Below are positions 6,300 to 15,207 of a stretch of 24,594 bases of DNA, piece by piece. A program made the position numbers and the translations under genes. The DNA comes from Candidatus Heimdallarchaeota archaeon. GTDB lineage: Archaea; Asgardarchaeota; Heimdallarchaeia; Heimdallarchaeales; Heimdallarchaeaceae. The stretch's first letter is position 1; every line of letters starts with the position of its first letter. The stretch is from NCBI GenBank assembly GCA_019057375.1, contig DXJF01000007.1, forward strand, positions 1-24,594, given 5' to 3'. The notes beneath the pieces were generated by a model. That model did not search any database. It had not been told where the DNA came from and saw only the letters and a program-made list of their open reading frames with translations.

Positions 6300-7300
6300 A
6301 AGCTTCTTTTCTCTTCTAATTAAAGAATAGGATAGCTTCAGCCATAAGTACTGTGCCAATAGAGTATTTTTACGGTTCAACCATCGCCAAATTGGCGGTG
6401 CTTCCAATATCATAATTATAGGGTTTAAGGCATGCAACAGTATTCGAGGTAGATACCGTTACAGGAGCGCGTAAAAACATCTTCCTCAACCTCAAGGGCG
6501 TTATTCATCTTATTATGAAATGTAATCAAAGTAAACATGGGCAATCTACCCATAAGATTTATCAAACTCAACCGTCTTAACCCCCCACAACTTTTCTTAT
6601 CCGAAGTGTTAAAATTCTTATGGTGGCTGTAAGTTTTGCAGAAAGGGGAAAGACGTGGACGGGGGAAATAGGGGGGAATTTTGGCAACGGGGAAGGGTTG
6701 AGACGGCTTTAACTGATAAATGAGTACTAGAATCATGGTCCTATTTCAAAATATCGCAGATTCTCAAGATACAGCTATATACCCTCAAAATATGCGTCTT
6801 ATTCAAAAATCAAACATAAATCGGTTTCTACATCGCAATGAAATACTACTGTTGGTATCAAACAGTAGGTATGAGGTTTGTAGTCTTAAACCTTGTCAAA
6901 AGAGTGTATCACCCCCAAGCACTTTTTTAGAACTTCAGTTTTCACCTGGAAGGTTTTGTTGGATCATTCACTATGAAGGAAAAAGATAGGGCAGGGGAAA
7001 GAAGGAACGAAGGGGTGATACGAGAATCTGCGAGGATATAGAAGAAACTAGAAGTAGTGAATAATTCATTCGGTATACACTGAATAGTAAGATTAGTGGA
7101 AAATCCTTCCAGTTTCCACTTAGTAGTAGATCATATAGCAAAATGATCCTGCAGAAAGAATTTCTTTCTTTTCTGATACGGAAAGTCCGTCCAGTCCACA
7201 TACACCTGTAAATTGGCTTTTCTTTAATGTATTCGGAATTGAAAATTTGCACAAGAACCCTAGTTAAACCATAATAAAACATGAAAGCTTCGAATCCGTT
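6300..7300 (-). pseudogene. possible heavily decayed DDE transposase relic (IS4 superfamily/ISH3-like)
   Basis: Region looks more GC-rich than its flanks and has only broken ORFs. Joining frames near 7200 gives EKPI/VYVDWTDFPY, resembling the first catalytic-Asp motif of ISH3/IS701-type enzymes. No terminal repeats found. Confidence 0.25.
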
Positions 7301-7354
7301 TGAGAAAAAAATGTAGTGGGTTTATTGATCCATTTCACATGAAAAGCTAGTCAA

Positions 7355-7392
7355 TTTCACTAGATTCTGAGCACTTTTCACTAGATTCCGAG
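7355..7392. repeat. direct repeat, 17 bp x2, 21-bp period
   Basis: TTTCACTAGATTCTGAG (7355) and TTTCACTAGATTCCGAG (7376), 16/17 identical. Confidence 0.7.
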
Positions 7393-7954
7393 ACAAAATG
7401 AAGTTCTTTTCTAGCGCTTTTTCAAATAAAACGGAAAAGTATAGGTGTGCTATATAGCTCCCAAATAACTATATCATTAGTGTAGGAAATTAACTCTAAC
7501 AGAGCAAAAACCAATTCTAAAGAGAGATGTGTGAAACCTATATCAGATTAAATGAGAAAAGCTCTTAAAAGATGTTATTTTCTCTCTTTTCGGTTTGATC
7601 TCAAAATTATATTTTTAAAAGAATAATTGCCTTTCTAAGGCAAAAAAAGAAGAGAACAAAAAAGAAAGAGAAAGCAGAAGCTTTTGATTAAAAATACTGG
7701 GAATAATTGGTACAATTATCATAACTATGTTAACACAATTAGCAGAAAGAATTGTGGACTTATTTCCTTTTTAATTGCTTGTATTTTTTTGTTCCAAAAA
7801 GACATGATAAATGTTAAAATCTGCTAGAAATAATGAAAACTATTGAAGATTTCAAATAATAAAAGTTATTGTTTTTTTTCATAAAATATGATTGTCTCTA
7901 ATTAGTTTTATTTTAACGAATAAATATTTATACATATAGAGGTATAAATATTGC

Positions 7955-9790
7955 ATGGAAGGAGAAAATGAATTTATAACTAGTAATACACTTTTCTTTC
8001 TTGGAGCAGGATTTTCTGCATCAGCAGGTGTTCCTATGACTTTTGCTTTTGTAGAAAAATTCCAAGATTATTTGAATGAAAATAAAAAAGAGCTATCTAT
8101 AGAATTTCATAAATTACTTGAAATATTTAAAAAAACTCAAATTAGAGATAAAGAAATAGGTATTCTTCCAGATATTGAATTCGTTTATGAAATACTTCAT
8201 AGAAGATTAGATTATAATAATGAATTAATTCTAGCTTTTTTTGAGAATTATAAAGGGATTCTAGATTCAATTCCATCCGATATAGTTGAGAAATTAATCG
8301 TTGAATTAAAATACTTTATTAAAAAAAAGACTAATGTAAATCTTAATTCTATTATATATTTGAAAGATTTTCAAAGATTTTTTGATAGCAATGAGATTAT
8401 TGAAATTTTTACGACAAATTATGATAATACGATAGAACAATTTTGTTCAAACTATGGAATAAGTTATACTGATGGATTTGATTTAGAATGGAATAGAAGT
8501 ATATTAGAAGAATTGAAATATAAACTAAAACTCTATAAAATTCATGGTTCAATAGGGTGGTACCAAACTACAACTGGAAAATATCTAAAAATTCCAATTG
8601 ATTTTGAACAATATTGTGATTCTTGTAGGAGGAAAATACCAGTTTTAAGATCAGGTGAAATTCTTGAAGACATGATAATGTATCCAATGCAAAAATGGGA
8701 AAGACCAGGACCTTTGCTTGATTTGATGTATATTTTAAAACAAAGATTATTATCCTCTAATACTGAAATTGTAATTTCTATAGGATATTCTTTTAGAGAT
8801 GATTATATCAAAACCTTATTTATTGAATCTCTAAAAAGAAATCCCTCATTACACATCTTTATAATATCTCCATCCGCAGATAAAATAAAAAAAGTTTTTC
8901 TAACTGAAGAAAATCTAGAATTAAATACTAGAATAATTCCAATTACATCCTATTTGGAAGACATTTTACACATACTAAATAACATAAGATTTTATTATAA
9001 ACAAGCTTTGAAAGATGAAGAGGAATGTTATCGAAATTTGAGACATGGAGGTAGACCAAACTGGAATTCTACTGTAGATAGATATATTAGTTCTTTCCAT
9101 TTCGAAAAAGTCCTAAACACATTTAATAATGATGATGATTTTCTATTTGATAGAAATTTCACCCAAAAAATAGAGATTGCTTTCAAATTAATTATTGGAC
9201 TTTATTCATTAAATCTTAAAGAAGAAGCTCATACAATAAAAAAACAATTATTTGGGTTATATGAAGTTTTTATTGAAGGCTTAATATTAGAAATTTATGA
9301 TTTGAAAGATGAGGTTTACCCATGCAATCTAAGTTCGACTGTTAGCAGTATAGATAGAAATAGCAGAAGAAAAGAACATATAATAAGAACTAATGATTTT
9401 CAAGGAATTGAAAGAAGTCTAAGTACATTGAATTTCCTAAAAAACAGATATATAAAGAAAATGAAAAATGAAAATACTCAAAAATTCAATGAGCTAAAAT
9501 CAATGTTTGAATTTTTAGAAGTAACTTCGATAATTTATAATTTTTGGAATAGTAGAATCCTAAACAAAGAACTATTAGAAGAACATTACGGGCAAATAAA
9601 TGAAAAGCTTGGGATTGTAATAAGAGAAAGAAATGATTTAGATAAAATCTTTCCAATCGAAGATAATTCAAAAGCTGAAAAAGAGATTTTAGAGAATGAA
9701 AAAAATATCTTTAGAACTATTCTGGATCATTATTTTTTCATTACAGATAAACTAGACAAAGAAGAAATTTTCAGAAAATGGAAATTATAG
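7955..9790 (+). CDS. SIR2-like (SIR2_2-type) NAD+-cleaving domain protein with C-terminal helical region
   Basis: FFLGAGFSASAGVP, IFTTNYD, YKIHGSIGW, SIGYSFRDDYI motifs in aa 1-310. TATA-like TTTATACA at 7927-7934. Confidence 0.88.
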   Translation: MEGENEFITSNTLFFLGAGFSASAGVPMTFAFVEKFQDYLNENKKELSIEFHKLLEIFKKTQIRDKEIGILPDIEFVYEILHRRLDYNNELILAFFENYKGILDSIPSDIVEKLIVELKYFIKKKTNVNLNSIIYLKDFQRFFDSNEIIEIFTTNYDNTIEQFCSNYGISYTDGFDLEWNRSILEELKYKLKLYKIHGSIGWYQTTTGKYLKIPIDFEQYCDSCRRKIPVLRSGEILEDMIMYPMQKWERPGPLLDLMYILKQRLLSSNTEIVISIGYSFRDDYIKTLFIESLKRNPSLHIFIISPSADKIKKVFLTEENLELNTRIIPITSYLEDILHILNNIRFYYKQALKDEEECYRNLRHGGRPNWNSTVDRYISSFHFEKVLNTFNNDDDFLFDRNFTQKIEIAFKLIIGLYSLNLKEEAHTIKKQLFGLYEVFIEGLILEIYDLKDEVYPCNLSSTVSSIDRNSRRKEHIIRTNDFQGIERSLSTLNFLKNRYIKKMKNENTQKFNELKSMFEFLEVTSIIYNFWNSRILNKELLEEHYGQINEKLGIVIRERNDLDKIFPIEDNSKAEKEILENEKNIFRTILDHYFFITDKLDKEEIFRKWKL

Positions 9791-9969
9791 AATTCTTAGA
9801 AATAGTCTATTAGGAATTACTATAACCTTTGATATGAGAAAATTAGTGGAATATAGATAGTTAATGGAAAAGAAGAGGATATAGAATGATATCATGTTGA
9901 CAAATACCTAAATTTCAGTAGTATTATGCTGTAAATTGTTTAAGAAAGACAAATATTTAGATACAAAAA

Positions 9970-10623
9970 TTAATATATCTCCTCTTCTTTAGGAATGCGA
10001 CCAAAATAATGTGCTATTTTTTTTCTTAAATCAATTCTAGAATTCTCAGATAATTCTAAACACTTTGATTTCAAAATTTTATCTCCAATATCCTTTCGAA
10101 TTATATATTCACAATTCAACTGATAAATTGTTTTGAAATCAATCATTTTATATTGAGTTTCATATTCTATTTCATCTTTTTTGACTGTTTTTTTCACTTG
10201 ATATCTTTTAAATAGTTCATTTTCCGCATAAAAAAAAAGATTCAAGTAAGTAAATAATCTTCCTTCCTTTTTATTTTCTTCTTTTTTCTCTTCAGGTAAT
10301 CCTTCCCATACATGTGGTGGAATTATTGTTTGTTTATCAATTTCAGTATTTAGTAAAGTGAAATCTTTTCGTATGGCTGGACTACTAAAGTACTTCACAG
10401 GGATATCCAAAAGAGGAGCTAATGAAATTGTCTTTTCTTCAATATTACAACAAGGTGTTACAATTACGGAAAATTTAGGCATAGTAATTCTCATTTGTAG
10501 TTTAGATTCATATAAAGTCTCAGGAATTATAGGATCATTGATTTCAGGAATAAAATTAAAAAATCCTTTAATCACATCACCAAATCTTAAAAGCGTATAA
10601 TCTGGTTCCTTTTCATAGAACAT
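9970..10623 (-). CDS. hypothetical protein, putative PemK/MazF-like fold toxin
   Basis: 217 aa. The motif order GDV / VIVTPCCNI / SLAPL / IDFKTIYQL / L.LSENSRIDLRKKIAHYFGR resembles long PemK-like proteins. The fold is an inference. Confidence 0.5.
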   Translation of the reverse strand: MFYEKEPDYTLLRFGDVIKGFFNFIPEINDPIIPETLYESKLQMRITMPKFSVIVTPCCNIEEKTISLAPLLDIPVKYFSSPAIRKDFTLLNTEIDKQTIIPPHVWEGLPEEKKEENKKEGRLFTYLNLFFYAENELFKRYQVKKTVKKDEIEYETQYKMIDFKTIYQLNCEYIIRKDIGDKILKSKCLELSENSRIDLRKKIAHYFGRIPKEEEIY

Positions 10624-10628
10624 AGAAT

Positions 10629-10913
10629 CTATTCCTCTAAATAAAGATCTTCCTCTTTGTGATAATTTTCTTTGGATATAATTTGTCTGAATGATCTAAA
10701 ATCTCTGTTTATTTTTATTTCAATTATTCCTAGAAATTCATTTGAGGAAGTGAGTTCGACTTTAATTAAATATCTATCAAAAGGATATTCTATTATTTTG
10801 GTTTCTTCATCTAAATCAATCTTACTACCAGTTCCTTCCATTTCAAGTGAATCATTTTTTTCACCTAGATTTGAAACAAAATCATTCATTCTTCTTTTAT
10901 TCATTTTTCTCAC
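10629..10913 (-). CDS. hypothetical small protein (middle gene of three-gene operon)
   Basis: 94 aa, acidic, low-complexity N-terminus. Overlaps the upstream gene by 17 nt and lies 5 nt from the downstream gene. Confidence 0.65.
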   Translation of the reverse strand: MRKMNKRRMNDFVSNLGEKNDSLEMEGTGSKIDLDEETKIIEYPFDRYLIKVELTSSNEFLGIIEIKINRDFRSFRQIISKENYHKEEDLYLEE

Positions 10914-11658
10914 TCATAAATTTCTTTACTGGATCTTTGATAGTATTTTCCCATTCATTATGTATTAATTCATGAAGTTCATCTAGAATGGATATATAAT
11001 TATTTACATGAACATTGGTAGCATAACCATCAAAATCAAGATAATATTTAAACGTTGATTCTTCTTTTACTATAGATTCTCTGTAGGTTAAGAAATAGTC
11101 TTTTCTTCTTGTAGTTGTAAGGAATTGAATTTTCTCTGTATTTTCTAGATCGAATCTGTTAAGTGGAAAAACAGTATTATACCATTCCTTAAATTCTTCA
11201 TTTTTCATCGAAGGAATAGGAGCGTCATCAATATATCGTAATCCCATTCTTTTTATGGTATGTAAGGGAACTAATTCAAGAAAGTAATCCACTGAATACT
11301 TTGTAATATCTCTGAAACCATTACTGTCTGGAGAATAATAAGACTTATGTTGTTGAGATACTATATCAAGAGAATTTGTTAAAACACTTAATGTGTATTT
11401 ATCATCAGACTTAAATTGCCATATTTTTACTCCTAAACTCTCTTCAGTTGATATTTCTTCTAATTTAAATTCTGGACCAACATCTGCAATCATCACTTGT
11501 CTTCTTATACTTAGTGAGGATTCAGGAAATTTATCAATAATTTTCTCTTGAAATTCTCCAATTTTATTTTCTATAATAAATAGATTCGCAAATTTAATTT
11601 GAAAGATTACTTGTTTTATAATAGGATTTGGATAAATTATGTAGTTTTTGGGTATCAT
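10897..11658 (-). CDS. TIGR04255-family protein
   Basis: N-terminal YPNPIIKQVIFQIKF, central KRMGLRYID, C-terminal YYLDFD...ILDELHELIH..W.NTI, recognisable as this family. TTTATATA box at 11699-11692. Confidence 0.75.
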   Translation of the reverse strand: MIPKNYIIYPNPIIKQVIFQIKFANLFIIENKIGEFQEKIIDKFPESSLSIRRQVMIADVGPEFKLEEISTEESLGVKIWQFKSDDKYTLSVLTNSLDIVSQQHKSYYSPDSNGFRDITKYSVDYFLELVPLHTIKRMGLRYIDDAPIPSMKNEEFKEWYNTVFPLNRFDLENTEKIQFLTTTRRKDYFLTYRESIVKEESTFKYYLDFDGYATNVHVNNYISILDELHELIHNEWENTIKDPVKKFMSEKNE

Positions 11659-12029
11659 ACTTAAATTCAGAAATTTATTATCATAATTATATATATAAAT
11701 TGTGTACAGTTTTAGAAAAATCTAAATGTGAATGTTAGAATTACTTTTTCATTTTATTGCAAACCTTATATTCTTCTTATATGGAGGTTAATCTAAAAAA
11801 ATACTTTGCTAGAAGGCAATTTTTAGAATCGCTTAAAATGGCTCAAATACAGAAAAACGCTATTTTCAGCCTTTTTGAGAGAAAAATCAAAGCCATACTT
11901 CAATGCTAAAGAGAGAAAAAGCTAGGCTGAATATTGTGGTTCATAGGTGAATCTTTTCTTAGAGTTGTTTATTTTTGGAATAGCAATTCCAGGTATTTTG
12001 TTTTAGGTCCACTAAGTAGAAGCTGAACT

Positions 12030-12146
12030 TTGTTGTCAAAACGTGTCCAAAACGATAAGAACTTGAGATCTGCGTAATCAATTTGATTACTCAGAGGGGT
12101 ACTTTTGAAAAGCATACCTTGTTGTCGGAACGTGTCGTAAACGATA
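12030..12146. repeat. 28-bp direct repeat x2 (iteron-like)
   Basis: TTGTTGTC-aa-AACGTGTC-ca-AAACGATA (12030-12057) and TTGTTGTC-gg-AACGTGTC-gt-AAACGATA (12119-12146), 24/28 identical. Confidence 0.75.
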
Positions 12147-12267
12147 GAAACCACATTCTACTCTAATTAAGTAGAAGTGAAACCTTGATGAAACATGATG
12201 AAAAGCTGTTTTAGACAGATTTCGACAGAGATTATTAGAAATTTCAGATTAACTGTTAATTTGACAT

Positions 12268-12603
12268 TTATTGTTTTTTGCATATAGAGGAAATAGGTTT
12301 TTCACCTACTGATAAAATCTTTTTAATTTCCTGTAATTTGTCATAAGGCAAGTTTTGGATCTGTTCGATTTTATTTAAGCTGTTAAGGAGAAGCTTGATA
12401 TCATGTAATATTTTTTTAATCTTTTCCTTTTCCCTTTTTTCTTTATCTAAAAACCATTCTTCTATTTTCCAGTCTTTTGCACAAATAAATTCATATTGGC
12501 AACGTTTACATTTATTAGAAAAGAAATTCCATTTAGAACAATTCCTGATCTTGTTTTTTTCAACAGTAGTAAGATCATGATAATTTAAAGCTGATTTATT
12601 CAT
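12268..12603 (-). CDS. Cys-cluster / coiled-coil hypothetical protein
   Basis: 111 aa, C-x9-C-x2-C-x5-C (CSKWNFFSNKCKRCQYEFIC). GGAG-rich RBS and ATGA overlap with the upstream gene. Confidence 0.7.
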   Translation of the reverse strand: MNKSALNYHDLTTVEKNKIRNCSKWNFFSNKCKRCQYEFICAKDWKIEEWFLDKEKREKEKIKKILHDIKLLLNSLNKIEQIQNLPYDKLQEIKKILSVGEKPISSICKKQ

Positions 12604-13445
12604 TTAGAACCCCCTCTCCTATCATATTCTTTCATATAATGTATAGCTCCATCTATCTTCACTTTTCCGTCAAAAATAGGTTGCATAGTTTTCTTACAAA
12701 CAGGACAAACATTTTTTATTCCTGAATCTTCCCATTTTTTTATTGGACAAGCACAAGAATGTTTTATTAAAAGTAATTTACTTTTCAATTTGTTTTTATG
12801 TTGTTGTTTCTTCTTGAGATATTTTTCTCTTTCTTCAGGAGTAATTTTTTCTAAGAAACTTTTTTGGATGTCGTCTAACAATGGATCGGTTGGTTCAGGG
12901 ATTATGGGCACTGTAAAGGAATCTTTACGGTGAAGTTTGCTATCTAGAGGGCTTGGGGTTATTGTCTTGTTTTCTTTACAGTGAATGTTTTCTAGACATT
13001 CATCATATTGTGAAGTAAATTTTTCATAAATTTCAGGATCTACATCAGGAAGAAAGTAAACAAAAGCAGTTTGGTTTCTATATCTGTATTTTTCCTTTTT
13101 TAGATATCCATAGTTGTGGAGATTTTTAATTAACCAGGATAGATTCATTTTATTTGTTTGGATATTTTGAGCTAGAGCAGATTTGTAAAAACCACTTATA
13201 TTGTCTATTTGCTTGGTTTGTATTAATTCTATTTCTTTTTTCATCTTACTAAATTTAGACCAGATACTCATCTTTAGAGGATCATTAAAATCTAAATCTG
13301 ACTGCAGGTATTCCCATAACTGTAAAGGATTATTTACAGTGAGAGAATCAGTATTATTAGATTTATGACAAGAATGATTGAGATATTCTTCCATTGAATA
13401 GTGCATTTCACAGTATTGACAATAATAAAAGAGTGTTTCAGTCAG
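12600..13445 (-). CDS. Zn-finger / wHTH / Zn-ribbon protein, probable CTG start (281 aa)
   Basis: The frame is open 13 codons above the track's ATG (13406) to a CTG at 13445, adding CQYC. Central wHTH-like LSWLIKNLHNYGYLKKEK..., C-terminal CACP...CPVC. Confidence 0.7.
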   Translation of the reverse strand: MTETLFYYCQYCEMHYSMEEYLNHSCHKSNNTDSLTVNNPLQLWEYLQSDLDFNDPLKMSIWSKFSKMKKEIELIQTKQIDNISGFYKSALAQNIQTNKMNLSWLIKNLHNYGYLKKEKYRYRNQTAFVYFLPDVDPEIYEKFTSQYDECLENIHCKENKTITPSPLDSKLHRKDSFTVPIIPEPTDPLLDDIQKSFLEKITPEEREKYLKKKQQHKNKLKSKLLLIKHSCACPIKKWEDSGIKNVCPVCKKTMQPIFDGKVKIDGAIHYMKEYDRRGGSK

Positions 13446-14755
13446 ATTCTACCACCTTCCTTTATTTTGTAAATATCTTTTCTAGCTCCTTTTCCTGATC
13501 TTACTTCTTTGTAAGCTGTTATTTTCCCTAAATCTAACAGCTTTCTAATATGGTAGTAAATCCGATTATAATCTAGCTGTAAAACTGTTTCAAGTTCATG
13601 AATTGAATGATCCTTTTTCTCTAAAAGTTGAAGGATTGTTGTTTGTAAGGATTCGCTCCTAGCTTGATTAGTGCTAACTACTTTGAGAATATGTATTTCT
13701 TCAGCTAGAAAATCACATTCTTTTTTCATGCTGCTGTCATGGTCCTGAATAAGTTCTGTTTGGGTATCAACCTTGTGGAGTAACATTAAATCATTTGTAG
13801 CTAATTGTAATTGTAATTGAGCTAGCTGATTCATATCTTTGTTATAATTATAGAAATTACTATCAAGTTGTTGAACAACATTTCGATTATAATTTAGTAC
13901 AGAATTGAGTTTAGACATGCTTTGATTGTGAGAGGTTTCAAATTGGCTTAATACAATATTTGTTCTATCAAATACAGTACCTATTTTCAACTCTAAATCA
14001 GTTCTTTCTAGCTGTTTAATCATTCTATCAACAGGGATATCCATTTTGCTTAATTGGACTTCTTTACGCAATCCTTCTTTCTTATTATAAGCTGTTAAAA
14101 GAAGATTTTGAAAAGCTTGGACACTAACATAATTAGCTCCTGCTATTCTCAGAAAATCTTTATCATTGTGTAAATCAAAATTGATTATCCTCATTTTATC
14201 ATGACTACATTTTATCTCTTTCAGGTGTAATACAGTATCAACAACAGCTATTAAAGCATTGAATAGATAAACATCCAGAGCTTTCTTCCAACCACTACAT
14301 TTAAGGTCTATCCTGATACTGTGAGTAGTCTTGTAAAAAGTGAATCTTATGGGATGAGAGAGATTCAAAAAAGGTACTTCTAGCTTTTCATATTTCTTAA
14401 TGGGTAGATCTCTTATCATAATTATTATTCGATGAATGAATAAAGGTTCAGCAGAATCGAAAAAGGAATCTAATTCATAAGGGATCAGTTCTTTAGGTTC
14501 AGCTTTGAAATAATAGTACAGAAATGGCTGTCTCTCTGTTCGAGCAATAGAGTAGTTAGGATCTCTTACTAATCTTGTTAAAATCCGTCTAATGCTTGAA
14601 GGATTAGAATCAGGATTAAGCTGTTTAATAGCTTTGACTATTTCCCCACAAGTAAGCTTATAGCTAGCTTGATGAATAGTGGAGATAATAGATTCAGTTA
14701 AAGAAAAGGTAGAAGAGGGATTAGCTGGGTTTTCAATTTTAGCCAATAAAATCAA
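13442..14755 (-). CDS. multi-domain DNA-binding protein: wHTH, alpha/beta core, coiled coil, ArsR-type wHTH (candidate replication protein)
   Basis: N-terminal LTCGEIVKAIK...PSSIRRILTRLV; C-terminal SIHELETVLQLDYNRIYYHIRKLLDLGKI. An AGGAG RBS suggests a TTG start at 14746 rather than 14755. Confidence 0.75.
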   Translation of the reverse strand: MILLAKIENPANPSSTFSLTESIISTIHQASYKLTCGEIVKAIKQLNPDSNPSSIRRILTRLVRDPNYSIARTERQPFLYYYFKAEPKELIPYELDSFFDSAEPLFIHRIIIMIRDLPIKKYEKLEVPFLNLSHPIRFTFYKTTHSIRIDLKCSGWKKALDVYLFNALIAVVDTVLHLKEIKCSHDKMRIINFDLHNDKDFLRIAGANYVSVQAFQNLLLTAYNKKEGLRKEVQLSKMDIPVDRMIKQLERTDLELKIGTVFDRTNIVLSQFETSHNQSMSKLNSVLNYNRNVVQQLDSNFYNYNKDMNQLAQLQLQLATNDLMLLHKVDTQTELIQDHDSSMKKECDFLAEEIHILKVVSTNQARSESLQTTILQLLEKKDHSIHELETVLQLDYNRIYYHIRKLLDLGKITAYKEVRSGKGARKDIYKIKEGGRI

Positions 14756-15200
14756 CTCCTAGAAAAGAGCGACAAGCGACACAGACTGATAGGGAAAATG
14801 TCACACTTTTTTCAAAAATAATAGAATCGTTAAACTCTCGAGTAAAAGCCTTTGAAACAATAAATTTGTTAAAATTAGCTATGATAATTTTTAAAATCTT
14901 TTTTCTAAAAATAAAGGTTGTTGAGACAATTTTTTGTCGCACTTTTTTCAAAAAAATAATGAAATGGCTTTCATTACATTCCTTTTGATAAGACCCCTTT
15001 TTGTAAGGGAGTTTAGTCTTTTTTTTCTGAACAGCATCTAGTAAGGTAGGTATAGGTGTTTCATTAGAAATAGCTTTAAACAATTTTAGTATTGGTGAAG
15101 TAAAACAACAATCAAGTTTATTGTTTAGAGTTATCTGGTTTGTGAGTTTTGTAGAGTTTTCTTTTTGCTGTAAATGGGGTACCCTTCTTGTAAGCTCCAC
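14739..15200 (-). CDS. hypothetical basic protein
   Basis: 153 stop-free codons in AT-rich DNA, with the 3' end containing the RBS of the next gene. GTG start and no recognisable motif. Confidence 0.4.
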   Translation of the reverse strand: MELTRRVPHLQQKENSTKLTNQITLNNKLDCCFTSPILKLFKAISNETPIPTLLDAVQKKKTKLPYKKGSYQKECNESHFIIFLKKVRQKIVSTTFIFRKKILKIIIANFNKFIVSKAFTREFNDSIIFEKSVTFSLSVCVACRSFLGVDFIG

Positions 15201-15207
15201 CTTTTTA

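Noticed and set aside
6425-7282. ORFs 6425..6736 (-), 6720..6989 (+) and 6971..7282 (-) as intact genes
   Set aside because: Atypical composition, no RBS or domain. Better explained as fragments of decayed sequence.
752-10631. Genome-wide TAG reassignment
   Set aside because: TAG terminates several clearly complete genes (752, 9790, 10629) with other stops shortly after. Only site-specific readthrough remains possible.
9486-10968. ORFs 9486..9671 (-), 10358..10600 (+) and 10672..10968 (+)
   Set aside because: Antisense shadows of the SIR2 gene and the three-gene operon.
871-12146. CRISPR array (palindrome at 871; 28-bp repeats at 12030 and 12119)
   Set aside because: A single unit in the first case. 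Only two imperfect copies with a 61-bp gap in the second. No cas genes.
11969-12154. 61-aa minus-strand ORF
   Set aside because: GTG start with no clear RBS or motif. It overlies the repeat tract, which is better read as non-coding.
12395-12580. 61-aa plus-strand ORF
   Set aside because: Antisense shadow of the coupled 111-aa gene.
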